Shown here one piece after another: positions 18,725-28,333 of a stretch of DNA of 40,000 nucleotides (within the stretch, counting starts at the first letter, position 1; each line of letters starts with the position of its first letter). This DNA is from Erwinia phage pEa_SNUABM_38: the sequence record MW845759.1. One strand, given 5' to 3'. The notes under the pieces were generated by a model. The model was not told where the DNA came from, did not search any database, and saw nothing but the letters and a program-made list of their open reading frames with translations. The translations under genes were made by a program, and so were the position numbers.

Positions 18725-19309
18725 ATGAGCATGTGGGACCAACCCGGTACAGCTTTTACGAAGATTACCGGTGACGCTGCGAACTTCCTGAACAGTACAT
18801 TCGATATCAATTCGTTTGCCACTGACTTCGTGGATAAAGTTAAGCAGCAAGTCCAAAAAGTAGCCAGCATTGAGTTGTTCCGTCTGACCTCTGCAGCAGC
18901 GCGTAAGATGCGTTTCTCCAGTGGTGCAGATATCGTGCGTCAGTTAGAACAGTTAGGCGAATTCCAAATGGCCCCGCCAGTCATGCAGCCGTTCTTGGTT
19001 GCGATGCCTGAGTACCGTACGTTGTACAACAACAATATGGCAGCAGGGTTTGAAAATGGATTCTCCAAACACGATCAGTTCCGCGGTAATGCGTATATGC
19101 ACACCGATGCAAACTATCGTGAAGCGACCGACGGCATGGTAACTGAATATCATCCGACTCACCTGTTTAACTGGGTGCTGCCGGAAGAACGTCAGGACAA
19201 ACTCTCTCGCATCAATAAAGTTGATTTGCAGATTTGCTGGAGTCGCGCGCGTGATTTGGACTGGGAAGATTCCGATCCCTACTCCGAATACAACGCGTCC
19301 TGCTATTAA
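18725..19309 (+). CDS. Hypothetical phage protein (194 aa)
   Basis: ORF ending at terminator. Confidence 0.75.
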   Translation: MSMWDQPGTAFTKITGDAANFLNSTFDINSFATDFVDKVKQQVQKVASIELFRLTSAAARKMRFSSGADIVRQLEQLGEFQMAPPVMQPFLVAMPEYRTLYNNNMAAGFENGFSKHDQFRGNAYMHTDANYREATDGMVTEYHPTHLFNWVLPEERQDKLSRINKVDLQICWSRARDLDWEDSDPYSEYNASCY

Positions 19310-19314
19310 ATAAC

Positions 19315-19342
19315 AAGAGGGGTTTCGGCCCCTCTTTTTTTC
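19315..19342 (+). terminator. Rho-independent terminator
   Basis: AAGAGGGG-TTTCGG-CCCCTCTTTTTTT. Confidence 0.9.
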
Positions 19343-19354
19343 TGAGGTTTCGAT

Positions 19355-19729
19355 ATGTCTGATATTGTAGTGGGGACACTCTCTACTCGTGGCTGGGCTG
19401 TTACTGCTGAAGAAAAAATCCGTGAAGTGATGAACAACTATACCGAAGCGGGTTTCAGCCAGTCCGTTCTCTATCAAGGGAACATTAAATCTCTCGAACA
19501 TGCGCGCTTTCGTACCGAACAGGATATGGATGCCCTGCGTTCAGAGGTGAAGAAAGACCTCGAATCGTTGTACGGCAACATCTTCCCCGATGGCGTACTG
19601 GTGAACACCCAAGTGGTGCAAGAAGACGAAAGTGATGTCCGCTACCGCCTGTATATCGAAGTGGAAGTGACCGAAGGCGAAAACCGTTATTCTATCGAAA
19701 AATACGTTAATGTGGAGAACAAAGAATGA
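19355..19729 (+). CDS. Hypothetical phage protein (124 aa)
   Basis: ORF with 4-bp overlap with next gene. Confidence 0.7.
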   Translation: MSDIVVGTLSTRGWAVTAEEKIREVMNNYTEAGFSQSVLYQGNIKSLEHARFRTEQDMDALRSEVKKDLESLYGNIFPDGVLVNTQVVQEDESDVRYRLYIEVEVTEGENRYSIEKYVNVENKE

Positions 19730-20328
19730 CCCGTGAACTCAATGAAATTGAAAAGTTTCAACTGGAAGAGGTAAAGGATTTGGAAAAGACCTTCGTCGAT
19801 TTGACAGGCGCCACCCGCTATTCTGACTCCACCTTCCGCCGTCTGGGTTTACCTATCCTGACCGGTCTGCTGGATGATACCTTCAACCCACTGCTGTGGG
19901 CTGAGTTCATCGGTTCGAACTACGTACCGCTGGAAATCCTGACCGATGACCTGCGCTCCGTACTTTTTACATTACCCCCACTCCTTATGCCGGGACCAGC
20001 CATCATTGCGCAAGATAACCAACAGTCGTTGTCTGACGCCTCTACCGAGATTGCATTGCAAGGTGCAATTATCGCAGAGAACGGCGGTATCCTGATTAAC
20101 CAGCTCATCAACGGTGCAGCTGGCGCAATCGACCGTGCTATGTACGGGATCAACTTCGAACGTGCTCGCCAGACCATCACTACGCTGAATGAAGTCTTCG
20201 AGCATTACGGTATCAATGGCCGAATTGAATATCCAGAAGGGCTGTCTGAAGTCTCGCTGGAAGAGAAGGCCGCTGCTGCGCCTAAGGAACGTGAACGTTA
20301 TGCCATTGACGATGGAGACGCATTATAG
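19726..20328 (+). CDS. Hypothetical phage protein (200 aa)
   Basis: ORF; translationally coupled. Confidence 0.7.
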   Translation: MTRELNEIEKFQLEEVKDLEKTFVDLTGATRYSDSTFRRLGLPILTGLLDDTFNPLLWAEFIGSNYVPLEILTDDLRSVLFTLPPLLMPGPAIIAQDNQQSLSDASTEIALQGAIIAENGGILINQLINGAAGAIDRAMYGINFERARQTITTLNEVFEHYGINGRIEYPEGLSEVSLEEKAAAAPKERERYAIDDGDAL

Positions 20329-21439
20329 TGCGGTCACTAAACTCGTCGGCTGTAAAAGAGTAGCCTTTTTTGGCGATGTGCACCTGCTTCATGGGCGGGT
20401 GCCCACCTCTCACATTGCCGCGACACTGACGACATTAATCAGTGAATTAAAAAATACAGCAGATGCCATTTATATTGTAGGGGACTTATTCGACGACTCG
20501 AAACACCTTCGTTCTGAAGATACCCACGACGCACTGGACTTCATTGCTTGGTTATTAAAGTGGTGTAAGGAAACCAACACGGCGCTGCGTATTTTGGAAG
20601 GAACCCACTCGCATGACCACGGCCAATCAAAGTTTGTGCCGCGTATCAACAAAGCGATTGGGGCTGATGTGCTGTATTTAGACGGGATTGGTATTCACTA
20701 CGACCCGGTTCTGGAAATGACCGTAGGTTGGGTTCAGGACGATTACAACACCAAAGCGAGCGAGACAGAGCAGGAAATGGCGGAGCTCATGAAGACGCGT
20801 GGTATTGACAAAGTGGATTTCTTTGTCATGCATGGGTGCTTTCATTTCCAGCTACCTGTTTTTAGCGAGAAATCGTTTAATGAAAAGTTTTGGGTTAAGC
20901 GTGCGAAACGAGTCATTGTTATTGGCCACGACCACCGCCCGAAACTCAACGGTATCATTCGCGTCACTGGGAGTCCAGAACGCCTCTCCATGGGAGAGGA
21001 GGAAGAAAAAGGTATTACCATCGCGGACTTTACGGATGAGCATACCCGTCTGTACTTTCGTGTCAACACCGAGGCATGCATGCAGTTAACCGTGCGTGCC
21101 ATGGATGATTACGATGCGCACTATCAAGCGTGTCTGGCTGCGTTAAAACGCATAGACGAATCCCCGAACCCGCAGGTGGGGCGTCTTAAGATTGAATATG
21201 CATTCGATAGTCCAATCGCCGAGCACGTTGCGCGGTGGAAAAAAGAATACATATTTAATATCAAGGGAGACAAACTTCGCGACCCGAAAGTTGAGAAGCT
21301 TTTAGTCGAGGCGTTTAGTCACACGTCGGAAGTCGAAACTATCGACCAAGACAATGTGCAGTCCATCATGCTCGCTGAAATGGCTGAGCTGGACTATGAC
21401 CCGAACATTGTGTCGGAGATTATAGAAGCAGTACGATGA
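20300..21439 (+). CDS. Mre11/SbcD-like metallophosphoesterase nuclease (T4 gp47-like)
   Basis: Phosphoesterase motifs in order: VAFFGDVHLLHG, IYIVGDLFDDS, ILEGTHSHD, FFVMHG, VIVIGHDHRPK. Track start 20189 lies inside the previous gene; ATG 20300 with AAGGAA upstream is more likely. Confidence 0.85.
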   Translation: MPLTMETHYSAVTKLVGCKRVAFFGDVHLLHGRVPTSHIAATLTTLISELKNTADAIYIVGDLFDDSKHLRSEDTHDALDFIAWLLKWCKETNTALRILEGTHSHDHGQSKFVPRINKAIGADVLYLDGIGIHYDPVLEMTVGWVQDDYNTKASETEQEMAELMKTRGIDKVDFFVMHGCFHFQLPVFSEKSFNEKFWVKRAKRVIVIGHDHRPKLNGIIRVTGSPERLSMGEEEEKGITIADFTDEHTRLYFRVNTEACMQLTVRAMDDYDAHYQACLAALKRIDESPNPQVGRLKIEYAFDSPIAEHVARWKKEYIFNIKGDKLRDPKVEKLLVEAFSHTSEVETIDQDNVQSIMLAEMAELDYDPNIVSEIIEAVR

Positions 21440-21448
21440 GGAGAGCTA

Positions 21449-22270
21449 ATGGCTCTATCGACAGTTGATCGGGTATTTGGGTTAGAGTATCCCATGTCCA
21501 TTGCAACGTCCCTTGCGTTTGAGGGTTTGCTCCATACGGGCGAACATGCAGCTGATAAAGGTGAGCCGCCGGTTCACAACTTCCGCGCTATCTTTGTGAA
21601 TGTGCGTACATTATTTCGTAACGTTTATAACGCGTTCGAAGATAAAAAAGCAGAACTAGATGCAGATATTGCCCTTGCGGCAATCGAAGAAGATGTTAAA
21701 ACCATTCGGGAGACGGTAGCCGCCGTCTCCCCTTCGACCATATGTGTCTTCTACCTCTGCCAGTACAAAACCATCAACAAAGAATTCCCTCAGGCCAAGT
21801 TCAAGAATCCCTCCACGCCGAACCAGACGCACTACAATTCCGTTGAAATGGATGTGTACCGTCGGGTAGTGAAAGACGAGCTTTTCGAAGCGAAGCTTTT
21901 CGATGTGGAGATTTCAAACAACGTGGATACGGTTTGTTTAACTCACTTACCGATAGATCTGCTTTGGCAGAAGAACTTCCCTAAACTGGCGTTGCTGGAA
22001 TCCCACACAGGTAAAGTGAAAGGGCAGCTTGAATGGTACACCAAGCTGAACGGGAAACCGGAGAACGTTCCTTTTAACAAAGCAACCTTAACCTTGTACG
22101 GAGACGGGGTCATGTTTGCACCAGAGGATTTGAAATCCCGCCGCGTGTTAGAGAAGGTGGCAGCGAAATTTAGCTGGAACCAATCGACGACAATGAGCCG
22201 CATTAAATCCACATTACGTATCGCCAACGAACCGTTCTTGATTGAATATATTGACCGGTTAAGCAAGTAA
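21449..22270 (+). CDS. Hypothetical phage protein (273 aa)
   Basis: ORF 9 bp downstream of nuclease gene. Confidence 0.75.
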   Translation: MALSTVDRVFGLEYPMSIATSLAFEGLLHTGEHAADKGEPPVHNFRAIFVNVRTLFRNVYNAFEDKKAELDADIALAAIEEDVKTIRETVAAVSPSTICVFYLCQYKTINKEFPQAKFKNPSTPNQTHYNSVEMDVYRRVVKDELFEAKLFDVEISNNVDTVCLTHLPIDLLWQKNFPKLALLESHTGKVKGQLEWYTKLNGKPENVPFNKATLTLYGDGVMFAPEDLKSRRVLEKVAAKFSWNQSTTMSRIKSTLRIANEPFLIEYIDRLSK

Positions 22271-22338
22271 CTCGAAATTTTTACGTCACCTACAATTGAT
22301 GTGTAGCGCGACACCAACAACTAAAAGGACCTGTCATC

Positions 22339-23025
22339 ATGTCGTTTAACCACAAGTTTCTTAAAGACAAAACTCTTCTGCCGAAAACCAAACCAGACGC
22401 ACGCGGCCAGCAAAAATCCATGTCCATTGAGCCGAACATGTTCAATGGCGAGTGTGAAGGTCTGACCTTCAAATACTTCTTTGGTAAAGGCGAAGGCATT
22501 TACCCATCCATGAAGTACGCCACCCTGCGTGCTATTTGTGATGCGCTGGAAGATGCCCTGCGCAACAAAGAAGCGAGCAGCCTCGAGTTCGAAATCACCA
22601 ACAGTCAGAACAAACCGGCGGCCATGATTGTTGTCGGCCGTGGCGAAGATCTGATCCCGTTCATTAAACTGGGCGGCGATGTCAACGGACAAAAGAAAAT
22701 GGCCGGCTTCACCTGGTACGCAGACAAAGGCGTTCGCCTGTTGCGTAAAGGTCAGCCGGTTCCGGATCTGGAAATCCATGAGCGCATTGCGCGTACCTTC
22801 GTGAAAGAATTTAACGTCTTCCTCGAAGCGCTGCGTGATGTGTATAACCCACGTGACTGGAACGCCAACGGTGGCGGTCAGCAGTCTGGCCGTGGTCAGT
22901 ACGGCGGCGGTGGCCAAGGTGGTGGTCAACGTGGCGGCCAGTATCAGGGCGGTGGTCAGTCAGGCGGTCAGGGCGGCGGTGGCTCTATGGCATCGGCAAC
23001 CAACGAATTCGACGAAATGTTCTAA
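22339..23025 (+). CDS. Single-stranded-DNA-binding-like protein (SSB-like tail)
   Basis: C-terminal Gly/Gln-rich linker (GGGQQSGRGQYGGGGQGGGQRGGQYQGGG...) ending in acidic/aromatic tip NEFDEMF, the layout of SSB tails; preceding gene is a nuclease. Confidence 0.65.
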   Translation: MSFNHKFLKDKTLLPKTKPDARGQQKSMSIEPNMFNGECEGLTFKYFFGKGEGIYPSMKYATLRAICDALEDALRNKEASSLEFEITNSQNKPAAMIVVGRGEDLIPFIKLGGDVNGQKKMAGFTWYADKGVRLLRKGQPVPDLEIHERIARTFVKEFNVFLEALRDVYNPRDWNANGGGQQSGRGQYGGGGQGGGQRGGQYQGGGQSGGQGGGGSMASATNEFDEMF

Positions 23026-23038
23026 TCGGTGACGGCAC

Positions 23039-23060
23039 AGGGGAGGGCTCGCCCTCCCCT
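23039..23060. other. Perfect 9-bp hairpin without T-tract
   Basis: AGGGGAGGG-CTCG-CCCTCCCCT. Confidence 0.7.
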
Positions 23061-23076
23061 ACACTGAAAGTGTATT

Positions 23077-23095
23077 GAAATATATGTTATCATCG
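23077..23095 (+). promoter_or_regulatory. Putative phage promoter motif
   Basis: GAAATATATGTTATCATCG upstream of 23120. Confidence 0.45.
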
Positions 23096-23119
23096 TGAAT
23101 AAACCCGAGGAGAAATCTA

Positions 23120-24760
23120 GTGAATATTGAGAAGATTCGCGAAAGTGTAGTGATTAGCCACAATGGTGAAACCATTACTTTCAATAACGTGCCGCACATC
23201 AACCGGAAGAAGAACACAGTCAAGATTCGCATGGACGATGAAGGGGATTTCCTTTCACGTGACCAACTGCTGTTCCTCGAACTGAATCGTCTTTGGGGTA
23301 CTTTCTCGGATAAAGAGATTGCCGAAGTTTGGGAGATTTATCAGAACGTACAACTGCTGGTCACTGAGCCGGACGAAGTACGCTTTAATGTATTGCCTGA
23401 CATGCTGCGTCGTTTGGTAGAGATTCACTCTGTCGACCGCATCATTGCGTTGTACCCTCAGCATCAGGTGTGGATTCCGAAGAAACTCGAAAATAACTTC
23501 GACAACATTTCGCCGAACTACACCGAAGCCATGACGTATCTGGTCTCTGACTATTATAACCTCATGGTGTTTACGCTGGCACTGAAACCATTGATTCCGG
23601 TCTTCGCCGCAATCGGTGCGTATCCTCCTGTGAAAATGAACTCACAGTCTGCCCGTCGCAAAATCGTGACCTTAACCAACGATTGTTTCGAAATCCTGCT
23701 AACCTCTAAACTGGGGAACCAGCCAGCGATTCAGAAACTCCGCGACTCATTACCACACACCATCGTCAAGATTCAGAAAGAAGCGGGCGCGCAAAACTCG
23801 AATACGCCGTCCCTGACTCTGATTGCCGTTGTGGAAGGTTATGGGTTGGACGCGTTGGAAGAATACATTACCGCTTTCACGGTGGTGAACATTCTGGCAC
23901 TGCAACCGGTAGGCGCGGATTTCAAAGAAGGTGTGATGGATGAGAACTCCATCGTAAGCCGCATCTTCTATGGCATTCGTCCAGAAGTATTGAACGGCTT
24001 TGCTGATAAGATGTCCGCCCACAACGTAACGGAGAAACCGCATGCGTCCACCATGAAACTCAATGGCGAACGTGGCAAGACCTCAGTTATTGATACGGTG
24101 AATGCACGCTCCACTGCGCCGATTAAGGAAGCAGAACGTACCGGGTTTTATTTCACCGAGTACCGTAAGGCGCTGAAACGTATCGATGCGGATATCCCAC
24201 CGGCACGCTGTAAGCAACACATCGACGGGGTTGTCGAACACCACCCACGTCCGTTCTCGGAATTGCACGAATGGCTGGTTGCAGTAGTATTGCACCGGCA
24301 TGCACACCGTGGGACGTATAAAGATGTTGACATGCAAAGTTATATGCATGGCATGGGGATTGCGCAGGCTATCTGGGCAAGCTATGGGTTCCATTCGGCT
24401 GCAGCACTGCTAAGCTGCGCAGCGTTACCGGGTCGTGATGGTTTGGAATATCCGTTCCTGCCAATCGATGCGAGTATCAAAGAAAAGTCGGAAATATATT
24501 ATCCTCAAGCATACCGTGCCCATAAAGGTCAGGAAATCATCAGTCCACTGCGTGAATCCGTCATGCTGTTGATTCGTGATTACATCAACCCGTTTAGTTT
24601 TCATTTGAAGACCTCGCCCGAGGTCGCAGCGATACTTGGCGTAGAACCCGAAGTGAAGGGTTATATTCCGGGTAAGAACTTGCAGATGGAACTGGCTGAA
24701 ATGCTGCTTATCCAGGCCAGACAGAAGCACCGTGAAATGCATCCGTTGGCCGCTGAATAA
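23120..24760 (+). CDS. Candidate accessory subunit of the non-virion RNAP (phiKZ gp68-like)
   Basis: 546-aa ORF whose position (three ORFs before the beta C-part) matches gp68 relative to gp71-73. Synteny only. Confidence 0.4.
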   Translation: MNIEKIRESVVISHNGETITFNNVPHINRKKNTVKIRMDDEGDFLSRDQLLFLELNRLWGTFSDKEIAEVWEIYQNVQLLVTEPDEVRFNVLPDMLRRLVEIHSVDRIIALYPQHQVWIPKKLENNFDNISPNYTEAMTYLVSDYYNLMVFTLALKPLIPVFAAIGAYPPVKMNSQSARRKIVTLTNDCFEILLTSKLGNQPAIQKLRDSLPHTIVKIQKEAGAQNSNTPSLTLIAVVEGYGLDALEEYITAFTVVNILALQPVGADFKEGVMDENSIVSRIFYGIRPEVLNGFADKMSAHNVTEKPHASTMKLNGERGKTSVIDTVNARSTAPIKEAERTGFYFTEYRKALKRIDADIPPARCKQHIDGVVEHHPRPFSELHEWLVAVVLHRHAHRGTYKDVDMQSYMHGMGIAQAIWASYGFHSAAALLSCAALPGRDGLEYPFLPIDASIKEKSEIYYPQAYRAHKGQEIISPLRESVMLLIRDYINPFSFHLKTSPEVAAILGVEPEVKGYIPGKNLQMELAEMLLIQARQKHREMHPLAAE

Positions 24761-24799
24761 TTATACGCACTTTATAAAGAACATATCGAGGAGTAATCA

Positions 24800-26521
24800 A
24801 TGAAACTGCTGCAACTTCAACTGTATCCGGTCTACGAAATCCCAGAACAGATTCGTCGCCGTATTGCGTTCAACGCCGGTACGGAAGATTTGACCAAGCT
24901 GAGCGATGTGATTGTTCAGAATGGTTCGAGCGCCACCAGTGCGTTTGACTACGGCGAAGCGATGGGGAAAATCGTGGGCTTTGACCCGCTGCCGGGTAGC
25001 TTTGAAACGCCTGTGCTGGATATCTCCGGCCAGAGCAATGTGGTCACCCCATTCCGTTTCGAGCAACGCAGCCGTATCTACAACTTCGTGGCCGTTGTGG
25101 TGGTTAACCCGATTAACGAAACTCGCTCACAAGAGATTCGTTATATCCTGACCGGTTACACCTCAGAAGCCGACCCAACGTTGGCGAGTCTGCTGCCAGA
25201 CGACATGGTGTTGTACATCAACGACATCTATGGCGTACGTCTGAGCTATAAGTACGACTCACTGGGTAACCGTTATGTTGACCCGAACTCGTTCCAGATG
25301 GTTGACAACTATGTGCTGTCGAACACGCTGGTTACGTCGCAGGGAACTGAATTAACGCTTGACCCGATTGCGCTGACTAAGGCAGCCAAGACGGTAAGCA
25401 ATCTGGATGTGAATGTGGGGGCAGGTGAAGAGCTGCAGTTCAACGTCACCTCCGATCAGGTTCTCGGCCCGTCACTGCAATCAGAAGCACAACTGCTGAC
25501 TGCACAACTGACCCGTCCTGAATCGTTCATCGGTGCGATGTCCACCGGGTATCTGAACTCGCTGCTGAATGAGCAAGAGTCCAACTCCCTGTCCGGCATC
25601 AATGCGTTCTTTGATAATGGCACGCTGTCACTGGAAGGTGAAATGCGTCGTCTGGGTGTGGTGAAGTCGTATAAGAACCACAACTTTGCCAACGCCCTGC
25701 GTACTGCGCTGTCCCGCCAGAACTTTGTGCAGGATGCGTACCGTCAGTCACAGGATGCCAAGTTCCGTTTAGGTGACCTGCGCTCCGTGCTGTTTAACCC
25801 GCAAGACCTGAACCGCATGTTGCAGGACTCACTGAGTACGGCAATGCGTAACATGTCTCTCGGCATCGACAAAACGGACAGCTGGACCAACATGCGCGGC
25901 ATCGGTACTGATGCATCACTGATTGCCTACGATGTGGGCATGCGTATGGGTCAGGTTATGGCGAAGAACCTGATTAACGGGATTCGTCTGACCTTTGATA
26001 ACCGCATGGCGAACTTTGATACGCAGCCGCAGTTGGCTGTGGTACCAGACTCCGCAGAGTCCGTGAGTGAAGGGGGTATCCCGGCGCTGATGGCTCGTAA
26101 CTTCATGCGTGAAATGATGCAGACCTTTATTCAGGCTACGCGTCACAACGCTGTTCGCTGCAAGATGGTGGTTATCTCTCGTCTGGGTCAGGTGACCCGT
26201 GTGGAAATCACACCAGACGGGGAGGCAGTCACCGAGTATTACACCTTCGCGTCGTTCATGTCATCCCGTATGCATATCGGCCTGACGTACGACAACACGT
26301 ACAACAACACCGTGGCTAAGAACACCAGTACGTTGTTCTCCACAATCCAGCACGGCTTTGATGAGTATACTCGTCGCGATTCCTCGAACGCGGTGATGGT
26401 CTCAATGTCGGCTATGTCGTCACCGTCTAACGGGTTTACGATTCCGGACACTCCGGTTTCCCAGCCCGCTTCTAGCGGGGACTTCTCGTTCGGCAATGAC
26501 GTTACCGGATTCAAACTTTAA
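24800..26521 (+). CDS. Conserved phage protein (573 aa); positional equivalent of phiKZ gp69
   Basis: Long ORF with RBS GAGGAG; position between the gp68-like and gp70-like ORFs. Synteny only. Confidence 0.35.
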   Translation: MKLLQLQLYPVYEIPEQIRRRIAFNAGTEDLTKLSDVIVQNGSSATSAFDYGEAMGKIVGFDPLPGSFETPVLDISGQSNVVTPFRFEQRSRIYNFVAVVVVNPINETRSQEIRYILTGYTSEADPTLASLLPDDMVLYINDIYGVRLSYKYDSLGNRYVDPNSFQMVDNYVLSNTLVTSQGTELTLDPIALTKAAKTVSNLDVNVGAGEELQFNVTSDQVLGPSLQSEAQLLTAQLTRPESFIGAMSTGYLNSLLNEQESNSLSGINAFFDNGTLSLEGEMRRLGVVKSYKNHNFANALRTALSRQNFVQDAYRQSQDAKFRLGDLRSVLFNPQDLNRMLQDSLSTAMRNMSLGIDKTDSWTNMRGIGTDASLIAYDVGMRMGQVMAKNLINGIRLTFDNRMANFDTQPQLAVVPDSAESVSEGGIPALMARNFMREMMQTFIQATRHNAVRCKMVVISRLGQVTRVEITPDGEAVTEYYTFASFMSSRMHIGLTYDNTYNNTVAKNTSTLFSTIQHGFDEYTRRDSSNAVMVSMSAMSSPSNGFTIPDTPVSQPASSGDFSFGNDVTGFKL

Positions 26522-26532
26522 AGGATATCTCG

Positions 26533-27951
26533 ATGAGCAAGCTGAACATTATTGATTACTACCGCGCCCAGTTGGACTCGCTGGGTTTTGGCGATAAAGA
26601 TGCGTTCTTGTATCACAAGGACGAAGGGCAACTGACTGACCCGGTGACATTTAAGTACGCCGGGGAAACACGTCAGATGGTGCTGCCAACGTACCAGATG
26701 ATTAAAGCGGGCTTAGTGGATGAGGTGGGCAACGAATGCCACGCCTTCCACCCGCTGTGTGAATCTGTCATGACCGGCGAATCAGGGACGATTCGCTTCC
26801 TGAAACAAGCCATCAAAAATCAGCTGTACGTGAAAGGTATCTCCTTTATTACCTACATGCTGAAAGCGCTGGCCGAAGGGAAGTCTTCTCGCTCTGCCAC
26901 CTTTAAGAAGTTTGTGGCGGCAATGACCGAAGGCGTGAAAGATCCGAAGATTGATGATAAGCTGCTGCGTAGCTGGACGAACGTGGCAACGTACATCAAA
27001 GACCGGATGGATAAGAAAACGCGCCTGATGCTCAGTATTCAGCCCGACCAGAAAATCGACGGGGTGAAATATCTGCGTGCAGCGAACTATAAGCATGCAT
27101 TCAGTGAAGAGCAGGATGACGGTACGGCAACGTACTTCGGTGTGCGGTTGGAACGTAAGCAGGATAAGGTGATTATTCACAACCTGCTGACCACCGTGTT
27201 CGGTTGGTATCCAGAAGAGATGGGGTCGAATGACCAGCGTGCGTACTACGGGTCATTGATTCGTGGTTGGGCAGAGTTCGTGTTGAAGTTCAATGCCCAT
27301 GCGAAAGGTCTGAAGGACATCGTGCCGGAATACGAACTGCTGAACGATGCGTGGTTGCCAGATCTGGATAACCTCAGTGAATACGACGGTAAGATTCAAA
27401 CCTTACCGTACAACACCGGTAGCCGTGACTCCGAAGTGGAAACCACCAAGCGTGATTTCCGGGTTGGTGGGCAGCAGACTTATAATGAGCCAGCTGCGCA
27501 AACAGTTACAGAAATTCGTCGGACTGAAAACGGTCTGATTGACCCACTGTCACTGTTGTCACCGACCACTGCCCCGCAGTCGGGTAACGTGTTCATTAAT
27601 GGTACCCGTCAGGTTGACCTGTCGCAGTACACACCGCTCGAACAGAAACTGATTAAAGAAGGCCGTACGCATGCACAGCCCTCTAAAATCGCCGCTATCC
27701 CATTGTCACAAGCGCTGGGCGGTGGCCATGTCTCTCGCCAGCAGGGTAGTGCAGCCGACTTCTTCGGTAGCAACAGCGGTAACGTATTCGCCACCACAAC
27801 CAGTAACAATAACCCGTTCGCTGGTAACGTAGGCAATCCGTTTACCTCATCCGCAAACAGCAATCCGTTTGCAGGCGGTAATACCAACAACAATCCATTC
27901 GGCGGTTCTACTGGCGGTAACGACGGTAGTCTGTTCAGCGGCATGTTGTAA
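26533..27951 (+). CDS. Conserved phage protein with NPF-repeat low-complexity C-terminus (472 aa)
   Basis: Long ORF; tail ...SNNNPFAGNVGNPFTSSANSNPFAGGNTNNNPFGGSTGG... Confidence 0.75.
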   Translation: MSKLNIIDYYRAQLDSLGFGDKDAFLYHKDEGQLTDPVTFKYAGETRQMVLPTYQMIKAGLVDEVGNECHAFHPLCESVMTGESGTIRFLKQAIKNQLYVKGISFITYMLKALAEGKSSRSATFKKFVAAMTEGVKDPKIDDKLLRSWTNVATYIKDRMDKKTRLMLSIQPDQKIDGVKYLRAANYKHAFSEEQDDGTATYFGVRLERKQDKVIIHNLLTTVFGWYPEEMGSNDQRAYYGSLIRGWAEFVLKFNAHAKGLKDIVPEYELLNDAWLPDLDNLSEYDGKIQTLPYNTGSRDSEVETTKRDFRVGGQQTYNEPAAQTVTEIRRTENGLIDPLSLLSPTTAPQSGNVFINGTRQVDLSQYTPLEQKLIKEGRTHAQPSKIAAIPLSQALGGGHVSRQQGSAADFFGSNSGNVFATTTSNNNPFAGNVGNPFTSSANSNPFAGGNTNNNPFGGSTGGNDGSLFSGML

Positions 27952-27960
27952 GCAAAAAAT

Positions 27961-27988
27961 AAATAAGGGGCTAACCACCCCTTATTTT
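27961..27988 (+). terminator. Terminator between convergent genes (likely bidirectional)
   Basis: AAGGGG-CTAACCA-CCCCTT then ATTTTTTT; A-rich on the other side. Confidence 0.85.
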
Positions 27989-27989
27989 T

Positions 27990-28310
27990 TTAAACAACAG
28001 CGGAGTCCAGAATGGATGCCACGACGCCGATGTCCGGAATCAGTAAGGTTTCCATGTCGGGGGTGAATTCCATGGGGTTACGGATGTTGTTTAAAAGCAT
28101 CGTTGGAAAGATAAGTTCGCTGGGAATATCGACTAAGCTGCAGTACGCATAGAAGCTATGCATCTCCGGATACGAATAACGCGGGTCTACAGCCCTTGCT
28201 TTCGTGCTCGGATGATTACGCAGATAGTCAAGGTGGTCAATTATGAGTTGGCGTTCAATGGTACTAAGCGCTGGTATCGCCGCCTCGTATGTCACAAAGT
28301 TATCAAGCAC
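27990..28310 (-). CDS. Hypothetical protein (106 aa), GTG start
   Basis: Minus-strand ORF with RBS GGAGGAAGTT upstream of GTG. Confidence 0.65.
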   Translation of the reverse strand: MLDNFVTYEAAIPALSTIERQLIIDHLDYLRNHPSTKARAVDPRYSYPEMHSFYAYCSLVDIPSELIFPTMLLNNIRNPMEFTPDMETLLIPDIGVVASILDSAVV

Positions 28311-28333
28311 AACTTCCTCCTTTAAAAATAATT

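Noticed and set aside
18953-19501. 182-aa minus-strand ORF
   Set aside because: Spans two + strand genes and the terminator between them; composition looks non-coding.
19355-19729. Possible gp25-like baseplate protein
   Set aside because: Only a vague size and composition resemblance; insufficient to name.
20189-20299. Upstream extension of the Mre11/SbcD-like ORF
   Set aside because: Lies within the preceding gene and encodes an unlikely Arg-rich segment; ATG 20300 or 20312 is better.
24491-24506. GAAATATATTATCCTC, similar to the promoter-like motif
   Set aside because: Lies inside the 23120-24760 coding region; may be chance, although an internal promoter for 24800 cannot be excluded.
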